IMG/VR virus record: IMGVR_UViG_3300037485_000776
Span: 1 to 37,457 of that record
Direction: 5' to 3' (one strand)
Source of the DNA: a virus
DNA length: 37,457 nt
This document shows, piece after piece, positions 8,814 through 17,560 of this stretch. The first letter of the stretch is position 1; every line of letters begins with the position of its first letter. The notes beneath the pieces were generated by a model. That model was not told the DNA's origin. It searched no databases and saw only the letters and a list, made by a program, of their open reading frames with translations. The position numbers and the translations under genes were made by a program.

Positions 8814-9803
8814 TTAAGAATCAAATTGCGCGGCGAGAATATCTCGCAGCGAACCTTTATTACCGGGCTGAACCCCAGAGGAAGCAGGACTAGAGCCTTT
8901 TACACTCACTGCGGCGGTTCTCGCCTTTTGAGCTTGGGCTTGTTCTAGTGCTTTTTTCTGAGCTTCGGCGCGTTGCTGATCTAACAGGGATTGCCTGATG
9001 TCGGGACGCATCCAGACAGCCATTTCATACGCTTCTTGTAAATCTTTGGCGCTGCCGGTTTCCAGCAGGGTAGCCATTTCATTACGCACTGCGTCAAAGT
9101 GCGGACGGTCAGGTGTAGCAAATGACGCTAACTGATCTTGCACCATTGCTTGTTCCTGTTGCCTAGCCTGATTTTGCCACATTTGTTGCTGATTACGCAA
9201 CACCTGTAGCTCGTTCATTAAATATTGAGTTTGCGGGTCAACTTGGGGCGGTTCTTGAACCTGATTTAAGTCGATGTTGTATTCTTTTGCCAGTTGAGCG
9301 AAATACTGCGCCTTTGTCACCGGGTCTGACGTTCTCAGCGTCATATCGGCACGCATTAAAGCGTTGATAGCGGTCGGCGCATCTACGCCTAAACTCTGTA
9401 AATGTTGCTGGTAAGGCGCTATTGCTGCGTCATAAGCCTTTGCGCGTTCAGAATGGCCTTTGAACTCTGAAACGCCCTTGTGAAAGTCAGATTCGCGTCG
9501 TTCGGCTTCTTGGGTAAGTATTTTGATTTCATCAGTCGTCAAAGTTTCCCCGCGGTCAGCCTTTAGGAAAGCTTCTTGTGCTGCGGGTTTCCAACTTGAC
9601 GGGGCTTTGCGCGGGGCGGGTTCTGGTGTTGGTTCCGGCGTGGCTTCTGGTTCTTTCTTGGCAAACTTGCCATCCTCTGACCTGGCTCTCGGTTCTTTAG
9701 TTTCTTCCGTGGTTACTTCGGGGGTAACTTCTGGCGCGGCTTCGGCCTCTGTCGTTTCGTGTTGTTCGAGTGCGCTTTCTAGGGCTTCGGCTATGGATGG
9801 CAT
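8814..9803 (-). CDS. Scaffolding protein (329 aa)
   Basis: Directly upstream of the capsid gene. Acidic, Pro-rich N-terminus (EPTPEPAP) followed by long Q/E/A-rich helical stretches. Composition and position are typical of a scaffold. Confidence 0.6.
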   Translation of the reverse strand: MPSIAEALESALEQHETTEAEAAPEVTPEVTTEETKEPRARSEDGKFAKKEPEATPEPTPEPAPRKAPSSWKPAAQEAFLKADRGETLTTDEIKILTQEAERRESDFHKGVSEFKGHSERAKAYDAAIAPYQQHLQSLGVDAPTAINALMRADMTLRTSDPVTKAQYFAQLAKEYNIDLNQVQEPPQVDPQTQYLMNELQVLRNQQQMWQNQARQQEQAMVQDQLASFATPDRPHFDAVRNEMATLLETGSAKDLQEAYEMAVWMRPDIRQSLLDQQRAEAQKKALEQAQAQKARTAAVSVKGSSPASSGVQPGNKGSLRDILAAQFDS

Positions 9804-9815
9804 AGTGGTTTCCTT

Positions 9816-10106
9816 TTAATAACCTTTTGAGTTCAATACTTCGGCAATAGTCCTACGCCGGGCTTCCCGGTCGTCTGTCCGTTGCTGTTTTTTCATGTGG
9901 TGGTCGATTTCGTTTCCGATTTCGATCAATCCGTGACGTTTCAAGTGTTCACGGTGCTGGCTTCGGCTGGTAATCATTTCGCCAGTTGCCTGACTTTGGT
10001 AAGGCTGAATGTCCGGCATTATCATCGGCGCGGAATATTCTCTGGAATAGAACTCTTCGGCGGGTATCAGTTCGCCGTTGTGCTGTATGTATCTTTGTCT
10101 GGGCAT
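9816..10106 (-). CDS. Hypothetical protein (96 aa)
   Basis: Track ORF, tightly packed with its neighbours. Block MPDIQPYQSQATGEMITSRSQHREHLKRHG. Confidence 0.6.
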   Translation of the reverse strand: MPRQRYIQHNGELIPAEEFYSREYSAPMIMPDIQPYQSQATGEMITSRSQHREHLKRHGLIEIGNEIDHHMKKQQRTDDREARRRTIAEVLNSKGY

Positions 10107-10110
10107 AGTC

Positions 10111-10674
10111 TTAGGCTATCAATAATAGGGTTTCTATATCTTCTTCCTCTTGCGCGATTCTAATCTGTTGTATTTTTATTGCAACAATTATTTGATTAGC
10201 GATGTTTTCTGCTAATTTTTCATTGATTTTGAGCGTTTCCGGCTGAATTGAGGCATATTTTGGCGAAACTGTTGCCGCCACTTCTATAGCTTGTTCTGGT
10301 TCTTCCTCAATGAACTCTATGACTTCTTCAATGTCCGGGGTTTTGGTTTCCCACTGTTTTGCCCATTTTTTACGCCAAAACTCGTAATAATGGCCTCCTC
10401 CGGTAGTCTGTTCTCCACCATTGACCGTGCCGCCATAGAATATCTGCGTATTGTTAAAGCGGACGGTTTGCGTTACTGTCTGCGTCCCGCCGCTTTGGGT
10501 TACTGTCCCGCCATAAAACGCATTGGCGTTATTAAACCGCGCCGTTTGCGTTAGTGTTTGCGTTCCTCCAGCCTGAGTAACAGTGCCACTATAAAAAGTC
10601 TGGGCATTGTTAAACCTTGCGGTTTGCGTTAAGGTTTGATTGCCAGTAGTCGGCTGGAAAAACAGCAGCAGCAT
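10111..10674 (-). CDS. Repeat-containing protein (187 aa): 3 x 26-aa N-terminal repeats plus an acidic C-terminal half
   Basis: Residues 11-88 are three tandem units, G(N/T)QT(L/V)TQT(A/V)RFNN..(F/I)FY(S/G)GTV. The C-terminal half is E/I-rich. TAATG overlap with the upstream ORF. Confidence 0.6.
   Translation of the reverse strand: MLLLFFQPTTGNQTLTQTARFNNAQTFYSGTVTQAGGTQTLTQTARFNNANAFYGGTVTQSGGTQTVTQTVRFNNTQIFYGGTVNGGEQTTGGGHYYEFWRKKWAKQWETKTPDIEEVIEFIEEEPEQAIEVAATVSPKYASIQPETLKINEKLAENIANQIIVAIKIQQIRIAQEEEDIETLLLIA
10411..10644 (-). repeat. Three diverged 78-nt tandem repeats, coding, within the 187-aa gene
   Basis: Seen both as 26-aa protein repeats and as a DNA-level repeat (..gtttgcgtta..gtttgcgtt..). 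Confidence 0.8.
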
Positions 10675-10838
10675 TAAATCAGGCTATTAAGTTGATTTAA
10701 TGTTGTTTGTGTGGTTGTAATTTCTGCGTCAATACGTTCGATCTGGCTAATGTCGCCAATTTCCGAAGCGGATGCACGCTGCACGGTCAAATGATTCAAC
10801 CGCTTTTCACACATATCAATTAAAAATTCGAGTGTCAT
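10674..10838 (-). CDS. Hypothetical small protein (54 aa)
   Basis: The track start at 10877 overlaps the 508-aa gene by 32 nt. ATG 10838 follows SD GAGGAA and lies just after that gene's stop. Confidence 0.5.
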   Translation of the reverse strand: MTLEFLIDMCEKRLNHLTVQRASASEIGDISQIERIDAEITTTQTTLNQLNSLI

Positions 10839-10845
10839 ATATTCC

Positions 10846-12372
10846 TCATGCAAAAATTGCAAATCCGGTAACGTCACCTAACGTCACCGCCGTGTTATTT
10901 GTCAGACCTTGACCGCCTGTAATCATTATTGTTATTGCAGTGGAGAATGCTGCGCCACCTTCAAAAGTAAATCTAATAGCTTGTCCCGCTTTAATACCGA
11001 CCTCAGACAATGCCGAAGTAGTACCAGGTGTGACGGATGCGGACGTAGCATTAAAAAGTTTCAGCCATCTATCTGATGCTGAAGTGTTTGTTATAACAAT
11101 ACCTATTAAACGTCCAGCCGTTCCTTTTAACTGCTGTGCTGCGGGTGTGGCTGGACAGTTCACATTAGTTAAAGTACCTGCGCCTGTCGCACTTGCGCGG
11201 TATTGCACCCCAAAGTCACCCGCCAGGTTAGAACCTGCTGCCAGTGAAAACGTACCACTCACCGGCTGCGCCGCAGGAAATACTACGGAAAGTGGTGCAG
11301 AAAAACCCTGCTGTCGAATTCCCGCTAAGTAAACAGGTGTATTTACAACATCTTCAACCGCTACAAAGCCCACTGTCCATGTTGTCGTGCTAGCTGGAGC
11401 CGTTGAACCGTTAAACGCCCATAAGTACATAAATAACTCGATTTCGTCATCGGGAATATTCACGTATCTATGACCGCGCACCACTACTGATGGTGTTGTA
11501 CTTGATGCGACTAATGCATCAGAAAAATAGATATTTCGACCATCAATTGCCGTCTGCGCCATGTGACCCGGCGAAGCAGTCGTGTTTATTGTCGCTGTCG
11601 TGTCGCCGCTGTTCCAGCCGTACCGTTGAGCATCAATCGCAGCGTTAGTGGCAGTCGTGCCTGAATACAACCACCGTACATAGTTCCAGCCAAATAGGTC
11701 AACCGTACATGAACCAGAGGCAGGCCAACCAGCGACGGTGAAAGTAATGGTATCAACCGACGGAATGGAAGCAATAGCGTACCTACCCGGCACACCGTTT
11801 GCCCCGCTAATAGCGCCGACAAACATAAACTGACCAACATTCGCCGTAGTGAATCCGTGCGCGGTAACTGCTACTGTGATGCTAGTTGCGCTGTTAATCG
11901 TACACGATGCGCCCTCGGCAATACGGTCGGCCAGCAGCACAGCAAAGTTGTTGTTGGCAATACGCTGGCTCAGTATAGTCTGGTGTCGCTTAATAAGTGC
12001 GCCGTTAAATGTAACGATAGAGCGTGCTAAAAATTCACTGTTTGCCGTTGTTCCTGTCGTCACCACCAAATTACCCGATTGCGAAACACCCATGCCAGCA
12101 CCGAGCCTGCGCTGCGTCATTTCCGGGCTATCAAGTGCCGAGGCACTTACTCGCGTAAAGCTCACCGACCATGTTTTTTGTGGTGTTGGACGAACAACAA
12201 TGCCAGCATCAGACGCATCGGCATTCGTATTTTTTACTCGTGCGGGAAGCGTTGAATCTTCTAAACCGTCAGTAATTTTGTAACGCTGGTAGTGCGCGTT
12301 ATTCGGTGCCGTGCCGATCTCGTCCGTTGCTATTGGCTCACCAGTACCGGGCAAAATTACGTTATTAGCCAT
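10846..12372 (-). CDS. Hypothetical large virion-module protein (508 aa)
   Basis: Track ORF, T/S/A/G-rich and beta-like. It lies between portal and scaffold, which is unusual. No motif recognised. Confidence 0.6.
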   Translation of the reverse strand: MANNVILPGTGEPIATDEIGTAPNNAHYQRYKITDGLEDSTLPARVKNTNADASDAGIVVRPTPQKTWSVSFTRVSASALDSPEMTQRRLGAGMGVSQSGNLVVTTGTTANSEFLARSIVTFNGALIKRHQTILSQRIANNNFAVLLADRIAEGASCTINSATSITVAVTAHGFTTANVGQFMFVGAISGANGVPGRYAIASIPSVDTITFTVAGWPASGSCTVDLFGWNYVRWLYSGTTATNAAIDAQRYGWNSGDTTATINTTASPGHMAQTAIDGRNIYFSDALVASSTTPSVVVRGHRYVNIPDDEIELFMYLWAFNGSTAPASTTTWTVGFVAVEDVVNTPVYLAGIRQQGFSAPLSVVFPAAQPVSGTFSLAAGSNLAGDFGVQYRASATGAGTLTNVNCPATPAAQQLKGTAGRLIGIVITNTSASDRWLKLFNATSASVTPGTTSALSEVGIKAGQAIRFTFEGGAAFSTAITIMITGGQGLTNNTAVTLGDVTGFAIFA

Positions 12373-12381
12373 TTTTTACCC

Positions 12382-12783
12382 TTATAGTGCAAAAATACCG
12401 GAAGCGTTGAATGAAGGCGTAATATCGCCGCCGTTAGGTGTAACGGGAAGCCCACTAAAACCACTGTCGATGTAAGAAATCAGTCTCGATGTTGCCGCCG
12501 TTCCGGTGTCGATATAAAAAACCAGTGCTTCTGCGCTGTTTCCGGTCACTGCGGTATAAGTCACGCCTGTGCCGTCAAAAACGCCGTCCGTAAACGTCTT
12601 GGAACCTACCGTTTGCGCGGTTCCGACCACACCCGTCAAACTTGTCAGAAACTCATGAGCGGCACTGTAGGTATAGACACCCGTATCTACTAACGCTACT
12701 TTAACGGTTCCAGTGTTAGCGTTGCTGTTGGCCGACTGTAACCACAGTGCTTCTTTATACTTTGGGTAAATTGCGTTAGGCAT
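12382..12783 (-). CDS. Hypothetical virion-module protein (133 aa)
   Basis: The track start is TTG 12786. ATG 12783 forms a TGATG overlap with the portal stop. Block VKVALVDTGVYTYSAAHEFL. Confidence 0.6.
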   Translation of the reverse strand: MPNAIYPKYKEALWLQSANSNANTGTVKVALVDTGVYTYSAAHEFLTSLTGVVGTAQTVGSKTFTDGVFDGTGVTYTAVTGNSAEALVFYIDTGTAATSRLISYIDSGFSGLPVTPNGGDITPSFNASGIFAL

Positions 12784-14960
12784 CAATCTTCCTCAATTTC
12801 AATTACGCCAATTGCTCTACCATCTTCGCCGCGTTGCAACAATTTGCGTCTCGGTTTGTTCATCTTGCCAACGGCTTCGGCAAGCATTTCGACGGCTTGC
12901 AATACTGCATTTTGTTGCATGTCAGCCATTTGTTTTACTTGCTCACCTACTTCACTCAATTTTTCCTCGCCAGCAATTTCGACTGATACGGCTGGCTTTT
13001 CAGATAAACTGCGCTGCATTTCGGCAATTTGTAGCTTGGTTTCTGCTTCAATCTGGGCTTTCATTTGCAAGCGTTGGGTTTCGGCTTCTTGTCTGACTTG
13101 CTCTCTAGCCGATTCGTATTCTTGGCGCATCTGTTCCAGTTCTTTAGCCTGTTGCGCCTTAAATTGCTCAATCTGTCCTTGCGTTTGTATTTTTGCCTGT
13201 TCTAGCTGCATCTTGCCCTGTTCAACCTGCATCATGGCCTCGGCTTTCATTTGCTCTGGGTCGGGCTGCGGTTGTTCAGGCGGTTTTGGTGCGTTAAGTT
13301 TTGCCATCGCTTCATCAAAGGCAGATTCCATCATTCTGCCGCCCTTGAATGCCCGAACGCCAAACATCAGCATTTCACCCATTAAAGGCGCGAGTTCCGG
13401 CACTTGTTGTGTAACGGGCAAGGCTCTATCCATGAACTGCCCCACCGCGCCCAGAAACTCAATCCGGCTTTGTTTTTCGGTGGCTTCGTCCATCTCTACC
13501 AGTGAATCAGAGGCAACCTCAATCCTAAACCCTCTGGCGGGCTCAGACTTCAACAACATAATGGCTTGCTCTACGTATTGAGCGTCCATTGTCCCCATGA
13601 TTCCAGACATCTCGACAAGGGTCTGTGGTGCGTAAAAATCGCACATAATCTGGGCTTTGATTCTCAGCACTTCCGAAGCAAACTGCGCCACTTCGGTTTG
13701 TCTTGGTTTTATTCTTAATGAAGCATACTGGCTTTTAATCTGTTGCGCGGCTGCGGTTTCCGAAGCTATCGTCGAACCGCGAATAATGTCAGATATTCCG
13801 GTAATCTCATACACTACCTGCTTCGCTTGCTCTCTGGCTGCGTAGCATTCTCTCAAAGCCTGGAGTACAGAATCCAGCGGCATGAAGTCAACAACACCTT
13901 TTAGACCGCCTTTTTCCGCAAAAGCTGCCCAAGTATCCACAGGTATCAACTGGTTATTCACACCCTCGCTTAACATCCTTTGTACACCCTGCTGGCTTGC
14001 GTCATAGACACCCACGACTTTAACCGCTTCGACTAACATTGCTATCCGGTTGGTTAGCATGTCAATCTCTTCGGCTTGGTCTTGATAAAGGCTGTAATCG
14101 GGTATGGGTACTAGGGTTTCAGTGGTTTGGGTAGCAAATAAAGGCTTGGGGCATGGCCAGAAATTATCTAAACCGAGTGGGTCGTCTTTAATGTCCAGCG
14201 TCTTAGAGTATCCCTCAGACACCCAGAAAACCTGTTTTGTCGTCTTGCTCCATATTTCCCAAACGACGGCTTTTTTCATGTCGTCCAGGCCTTCAACACC
14301 CATCTTTTCCATCTCATCTAGGCCAACAGGCTCGTGAGTTAATGGAACTTGCTTAAAATCCTCGCCAAATCGCTTAATCCCGTCATCTTGGCTCATGTAC
14401 ACCCGACGGGCGATCCATGTCACCTCATCCCAACATCGGGCGGGCGAATATCTCACATCTTTCCAGAAGACATAATCTACCGGGGTGCATTCGTATTTGT
14501 AGGGCGCGTTGGGCATGACCTGCGCCTCGCCGCCTTCAATACCGGGCAAAGCGTCAACGGGTTGGGCTAGTTCTTTTTCCTCGAAGCGCACCCACACCGT
14601 ACCGCGTCCCGGAAGCAGTCTGTCACTTATCGCCAGCTTCATCGCAGCGTCAAAGTCGCCCTTGTCAATTTCGTACTGTAAACAGCGTTCAATAATCACC
14701 GAAGCAGTACGTCCAACCGGGTCAGAATCCTTCCAGCGTCTCGACACTTCGGCTCTAGGGGTTTTTCCGTATAGGGCGGGTTTCAGGGTCTCAACGTTCG
14801 ACCAGAGTATATTAAACCTTTTACCGTAAGTCGTGAAGTTTTTGCGGTCGTCACGATAACGTCTGATTATCCTGTCGCCGCGCTCAATAAACTTTTCATC
14901 TTCGCGCTTGGCAAGTTTTAACTCGGCCAGCCATTTTGTGCTTGCGTCTATTGGGTTCAT
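12783..14960 (-). CDS. Portal protein (725 aa)
   Basis: Large ORF downstream of TerL. ATG 14960 (MNPIDAS) forms an ATGA overlap with the upstream 113-aa ORF; the track start at 15044 would overlap it. The roughly 170-aa C-terminal Q/E/K/A coiled coil resembles a P22-type portal barrel. Confidence 0.8.
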   Translation of the reverse strand: MNPIDASTKWLAELKLAKREDEKFIERGDRIIRRYRDDRKNFTTYGKRFNILWSNVETLKPALYGKTPRAEVSRRWKDSDPVGRTASVIIERCLQYEIDKGDFDAAMKLAISDRLLPGRGTVWVRFEEKELAQPVDALPGIEGGEAQVMPNAPYKYECTPVDYVFWKDVRYSPARCWDEVTWIARRVYMSQDDGIKRFGEDFKQVPLTHEPVGLDEMEKMGVEGLDDMKKAVVWEIWSKTTKQVFWVSEGYSKTLDIKDDPLGLDNFWPCPKPLFATQTTETLVPIPDYSLYQDQAEEIDMLTNRIAMLVEAVKVVGVYDASQQGVQRMLSEGVNNQLIPVDTWAAFAEKGGLKGVVDFMPLDSVLQALRECYAAREQAKQVVYEITGISDIIRGSTIASETAAAQQIKSQYASLRIKPRQTEVAQFASEVLRIKAQIMCDFYAPQTLVEMSGIMGTMDAQYVEQAIMLLKSEPARGFRIEVASDSLVEMDEATEKQSRIEFLGAVGQFMDRALPVTQQVPELAPLMGEMLMFGVRAFKGGRMMESAFDEAMAKLNAPKPPEQPQPDPEQMKAEAMMQVEQGKMQLEQAKIQTQGQIEQFKAQQAKELEQMRQEYESAREQVRQEAETQRLQMKAQIEAETKLQIAEMQRSLSEKPAVSVEIAGEEKLSEVGEQVKQMADMQQNAVLQAVEMLAEAVGKMNKPRRKLLQRGEDGRAIGVIEIEED

Positions 14961-15298
14961 GGGACTATGCTCACTCTTACCGCGCCATTCGCAACCATAG
15001 GCGTACCGTTTGAATATGTCGCCAGCGCTCCGGTAGATACGCACAAAGCGCCATCATTGGCTCTAGGAAGACCGTTAGACCACACCACATCAACAGGAAG
15101 CCCAGCAGTCGCATCAAAGTATCGAATCTGTCCTGCGTCTGTCATTAAAAGACCGTTAGCGTACTCATCACCACCTGTAGCAATAGCCCTGTTCAAATCT
15201 CCAGATAAAAGCACACCGTTCTGGAATGTGTCTGTCGGCTGAATAGCGCCAGTTCCTAATTGCACTACTTCGGTAGCTGATACTGTAAATATAGACAT
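14957..15298 (-). CDS. Hypothetical protein between TerL and portal (113 aa)
   Basis: Track ORF. Its start abuts the TerL stop (TAATG at 15298) and its stop overlaps the portal start. G/A/T/V-rich. Confidence 0.55.
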   Translation of the reverse strand: MSIFTVSATEVVQLGTGAIQPTDTFQNGVLLSGDLNRAIATGGDEYANGLLMTDAGQIRYFDATAGLPVDVVWSNGLPRANDGALCVSTGALATYSNGTPMVANGAVRVSIVP

Positions 15299-16659
15299 TA
15301 GTATCTTTCCTGTCGGCGTTTAACGTCTTGCCATAATTCATCTAGAGGTGCTGTAATTATGACACCGTTTTGTGCTTTTATGTTGAATTTTGCGGGTTTT
15401 TCGGGTTCTTTTGGTGTTAATTCCTGCATTATTTGAGCGCCGTAGGCAAAAGCATCCGCTGGATGGCTTGCCCAATTATGCAATGGTTCACGGCTAAAAA
15501 CCCCTAAATCTTCATTGTATGCGTACTCCCATGCTATCAACCCATCCATTCCAGCCTCGCACAATTCAGAGTTAAATTTGCATTTTGGAAGTACGGCGCG
15601 TGCTGCGCTGATCTGGTCTAGTTTTTTGGATTGAGGCACGATAGCGCATTTGTCAGTGCCGAAAGCTTGGGCAAATCGTTCGATTGTCGTGTGCTTGCTT
15701 TGAAAAGTCTTGGCTCGCGCATCATGAGGAAGCCACACACGTCCTAGCTTTCGGCCTGCACCGAGTTCAATAATCTTGTCACGGATTCGTGGTATCCAGT
15801 CGTCCGCATCCAAACCCGTATCGCCATCGTATGCCAGCACGCGAAAGCCTCCAAGTGTGCGCTGCCAATACCAGAAAGAAGCGGTATCCCTAAAACCAAG
15901 GTCACACGAAACCTCAATTCCTGCCCCGTCCGGGTCAAAATTTACATCGGGTGTTGCCCTTCCTTCTCGAATGGCTTGATTAACCCACCGAGCCAGAATC
16001 GCGCCCTGCGTTGCGCCATAAGCACCATTCCATATATGTTCGGCCTTATCTGGGTCTCGCTCAAAATCGTCAATCATTTCTTGACGAAGTTCATTAGGAA
16101 ACCAAGGATTATCGTTCCAGTTCACCGCTACAACAATGGCGTTATCTGGTTTCTTTTTCCTAAAAAACACATCCACTGGGTCGCTTTTGAATCTTGGGTT
16201 CCAGCTAAAAAGCATTTCAGAACCCGGCATTCGTATAGTTGGGCGTAACAAATCCAGGCTGTATTGGCTCAATGTTTGGGCTTCTTCGACCCAAGCGCGT
16301 TTATAACCTTCCAACGACTTTATCGAATCGGCTGTATGGTTTTGCATACCTTGGAAAGTGATAACACCAGCCCCGCGACGGCTGCGAATGGCCTTATCCA
16401 ACACCTCAAAATAATCACCAGCATTAAGTTTGACGATTTTTTGCTCTAGCAAACGCTTAACTGATTGCTCTATAGACTTTTGAATTTCACGTATGCAAAC
16501 TGTTGCATCATCCGGGTTAAGTATATGTTCTTCAATGATGTACTCACCGAAAAAGTGAGATTTTCCAGACCCCCTGCCACCCCATGCACCTTTGTATCTA
16601 GCTGGCTGCAATAATGAAACAGCCCACCGTGGCGTAGGAATATCAAGAACTGCGGTCAT
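15298..16659 (-). CDS. terL: Terminase large subunit
   Basis: 453 aa with Walker A GGRGSGKS near the N-terminus. The size and the position upstream of the portal gene fit. Overlaps the TerS-like gene by 17 nt. Confidence 0.9.
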   Translation of the reverse strand: MTAVLDIPTPRWAVSLLQPARYKGAWGGRGSGKSHFFGEYIIEEHILNPDDATVCIREIQKSIEQSVKRLLEQKIVKLNAGDYFEVLDKAIRSRRGAGVITFQGMQNHTADSIKSLEGYKRAWVEEAQTLSQYSLDLLRPTIRMPGSEMLFSWNPRFKSDPVDVFFRKKKPDNAIVVAVNWNDNPWFPNELRQEMIDDFERDPDKAEHIWNGAYGATQGAILARWVNQAIREGRATPDVNFDPDGAGIEVSCDLGFRDTASFWYWQRTLGGFRVLAYDGDTGLDADDWIPRIRDKIIELGAGRKLGRVWLPHDARAKTFQSKHTTIERFAQAFGTDKCAIVPQSKKLDQISAARAVLPKCKFNSELCEAGMDGLIAWEYAYNEDLGVFSREPLHNWASHPADAFAYGAQIMQELTPKEPEKPAKFNIKAQNGVIITAPLDELWQDVKRRQERY

Positions 16660-16996
16660 TCTTTGGGTCTACGATTGTTCTGCGTGTCTCTTGCACTTGA
16701 ACCGGACCGCCTTCAGCCCCGACAAGCTCAGTCCTTGCCAACTTGGGCGCGGCAAACTCAGCCAGCTTTGCGAGATTGTCCAACGCTTTCGCCGGGTCTG
16801 GCTTTATATCGTACTCTGGCATACCCTCGGCCACCTGTTTGAGCCACTTGGCAACGTTATCAGCATTGCCCTCCAACAGCTTGTTGATGGTTTCCCTGAA
16901 TTCCCTTGTGGCTTTGTTCGGTGTCCCGGCAGTTCTTCCTCCGGTCTTTGGTGTTCCTTTAGGCCGACCAAAGCCGGATTTCGGCTTAGTAGTCAT
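16643..16996 (-). CDS. terS: Putative terminase small subunit (117 aa)
   Basis: Basic N-terminus (KPKSGFGRPKGTPKTGGRTAGTPNK) and helical remainder. It is the first gene after the late promoter and lies immediately upstream of terL. Confidence 0.6.
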   Translation of the reverse strand: MTTKPKSGFGRPKGTPKTGGRTAGTPNKATREFRETINKLLEGNADNVAKWLKQVAEGMPEYDIKPDPAKALDNLAKLAEFAAPKLARTELVGAEGGPVQVQETRRTIVDPKNDRSS

Positions 16997-17026
16997 AATC
17001 TATCCATTTTTTACTATAGATAGATT
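16997..17026 (-). promoter_or_regulatory. Perfect 8-bp inverted repeat (AATCTATC / GATAGATT) between the late -10 box and the terS ATG: operator-like palindrome
   Basis: 16997-17004 pairs perfectly with 17019-17026. It begins 2 nt from the -10 box and ends at the start codon. terS has no SD. Confidence 0.5.
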
Positions 17027-17027
17027 T

Positions 17028-17055
17028 ATTCTACACAATTGCATTATTTTGGCAA
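17028..17055 (-). promoter_or_regulatory. Sigma70-like promoter for the late (structural) operon
   Basis: Minus-sense TTGCCA-16 nt-TAGAAT, preceded by the TTGTG shared with the other promoters. Confidence 0.55.
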
Positions 17056-17279
17056 CACTTATAAATAACGCGCATTAGTCTGCGCTTTGCTGTTTTTGGC
17101 TCCCACCAACCTGCATTTTTTGATTTCCCGCTGAAAACAATACTTTCCTGTTCGGTAAATGGTCTTAATACAAGTTCATGGTTTCCGTGCCTAGCCCGGT
17201 AATAGAATGGAACTCCGTTTATATGCCCTTCAAATTGATTAGGCATTTGTTCGCAGGTCATTTTTACGCTTATTTTCAT
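17031..17279 (-). CDS. Hypothetical protein, paralog B of a tandem pair (82 aa)
   Basis: ATG 17279 forms an ATGA overlap with the upstream paralog. The two share FEGHINGVPFYYRA(R/K)HGNHE(L/I)VLRPFTEQESIVFSG.SKNAGWW. Confidence 0.6.
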   Translation of the reverse strand: MKISVKMTCEQMPNQFEGHINGVPFYYRARHGNHELVLRPFTEQESIVFSGKSKNAGWWEPKTAKRRLMRVIYKCCQNNAIV

Positions 17280-17560
17280 TTTGCACTCCACCAACCTGCA
17301 TTTTTTGACTCCCCGCTGAAAACAATACTTTCCTGCTCAGTGAATGGTCTTAATACAATCTCATGGTTTCCATGTTTTGCACGATAATAGAATGGCACTC
17401 CGTTTATATGCCCCTCAAATTTACTTGCTCTTATGTATCTTTTGTATTGGCGGCTATCTAAAATTAGCGCATCGCAGTTAATTACCGGCCGTTTCTTAAA
17501 GTGACCACCTAGCCCGGCTAAATACAAAGCGTATCTACTGACGATGTATTTTCTTTTCAT
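17276..17560 (-). CDS. Hypothetical protein, paralog A of a tandem pair (94 aa)
   Basis: ATG 17560 forms an ATGA overlap with the 143-aa ORF. Roughly 150 nt of DNA are repeated with the downstream paralog. Confidence 0.6.
   Translation of the reverse strand: MKRKYIVSRYALYLAGLGGHFKKRPVINCDALILDSRQYKRYIRASKFEGHINGVPFYYRAKHGNHEIVLRPFTEQESIVFSGESKNAGWWSAK

Noticed and set aside
10411-10644. Possible diversity-generating retroelement (TR/VR) signal from the 78-nt repeats.
   Set aside because: Differences between units are not confined to adenine positions. The repeats are tandem and in-frame within one gene. No reverse transcriptase gene exists in the genome.
12844-13581. 245-aa plus-strand ORF. 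There are many other plus-strand ORFs in the track, for example 1927-2337, 4074-4532, 9523-9819, 10940-11332, 11849-12283, 14509-14829, 16592-17023, 21559-21999, 23703-24248, 25192-25596 and 31979-32428.
   Set aside because: All lie antisense to longer, motif-supported minus-strand genes. They have C/S/L-rich shadow-type composition and lack SD sequences.
14961-15044. Longer N-terminal extensions offered by the ORF track: portal 15044, 6509-7096, erf 28888, 28707-29045, 30684-31007, 10674-10877, 4654-5835, 32406-32843.
   Set aside because: Each extension overlaps the upstream gene or a terminator and often uses GTG or TTG. In every case an internal ATG with an SD or an ATGA/TGATG overlap gives the compact arrangement seen throughout the genome.
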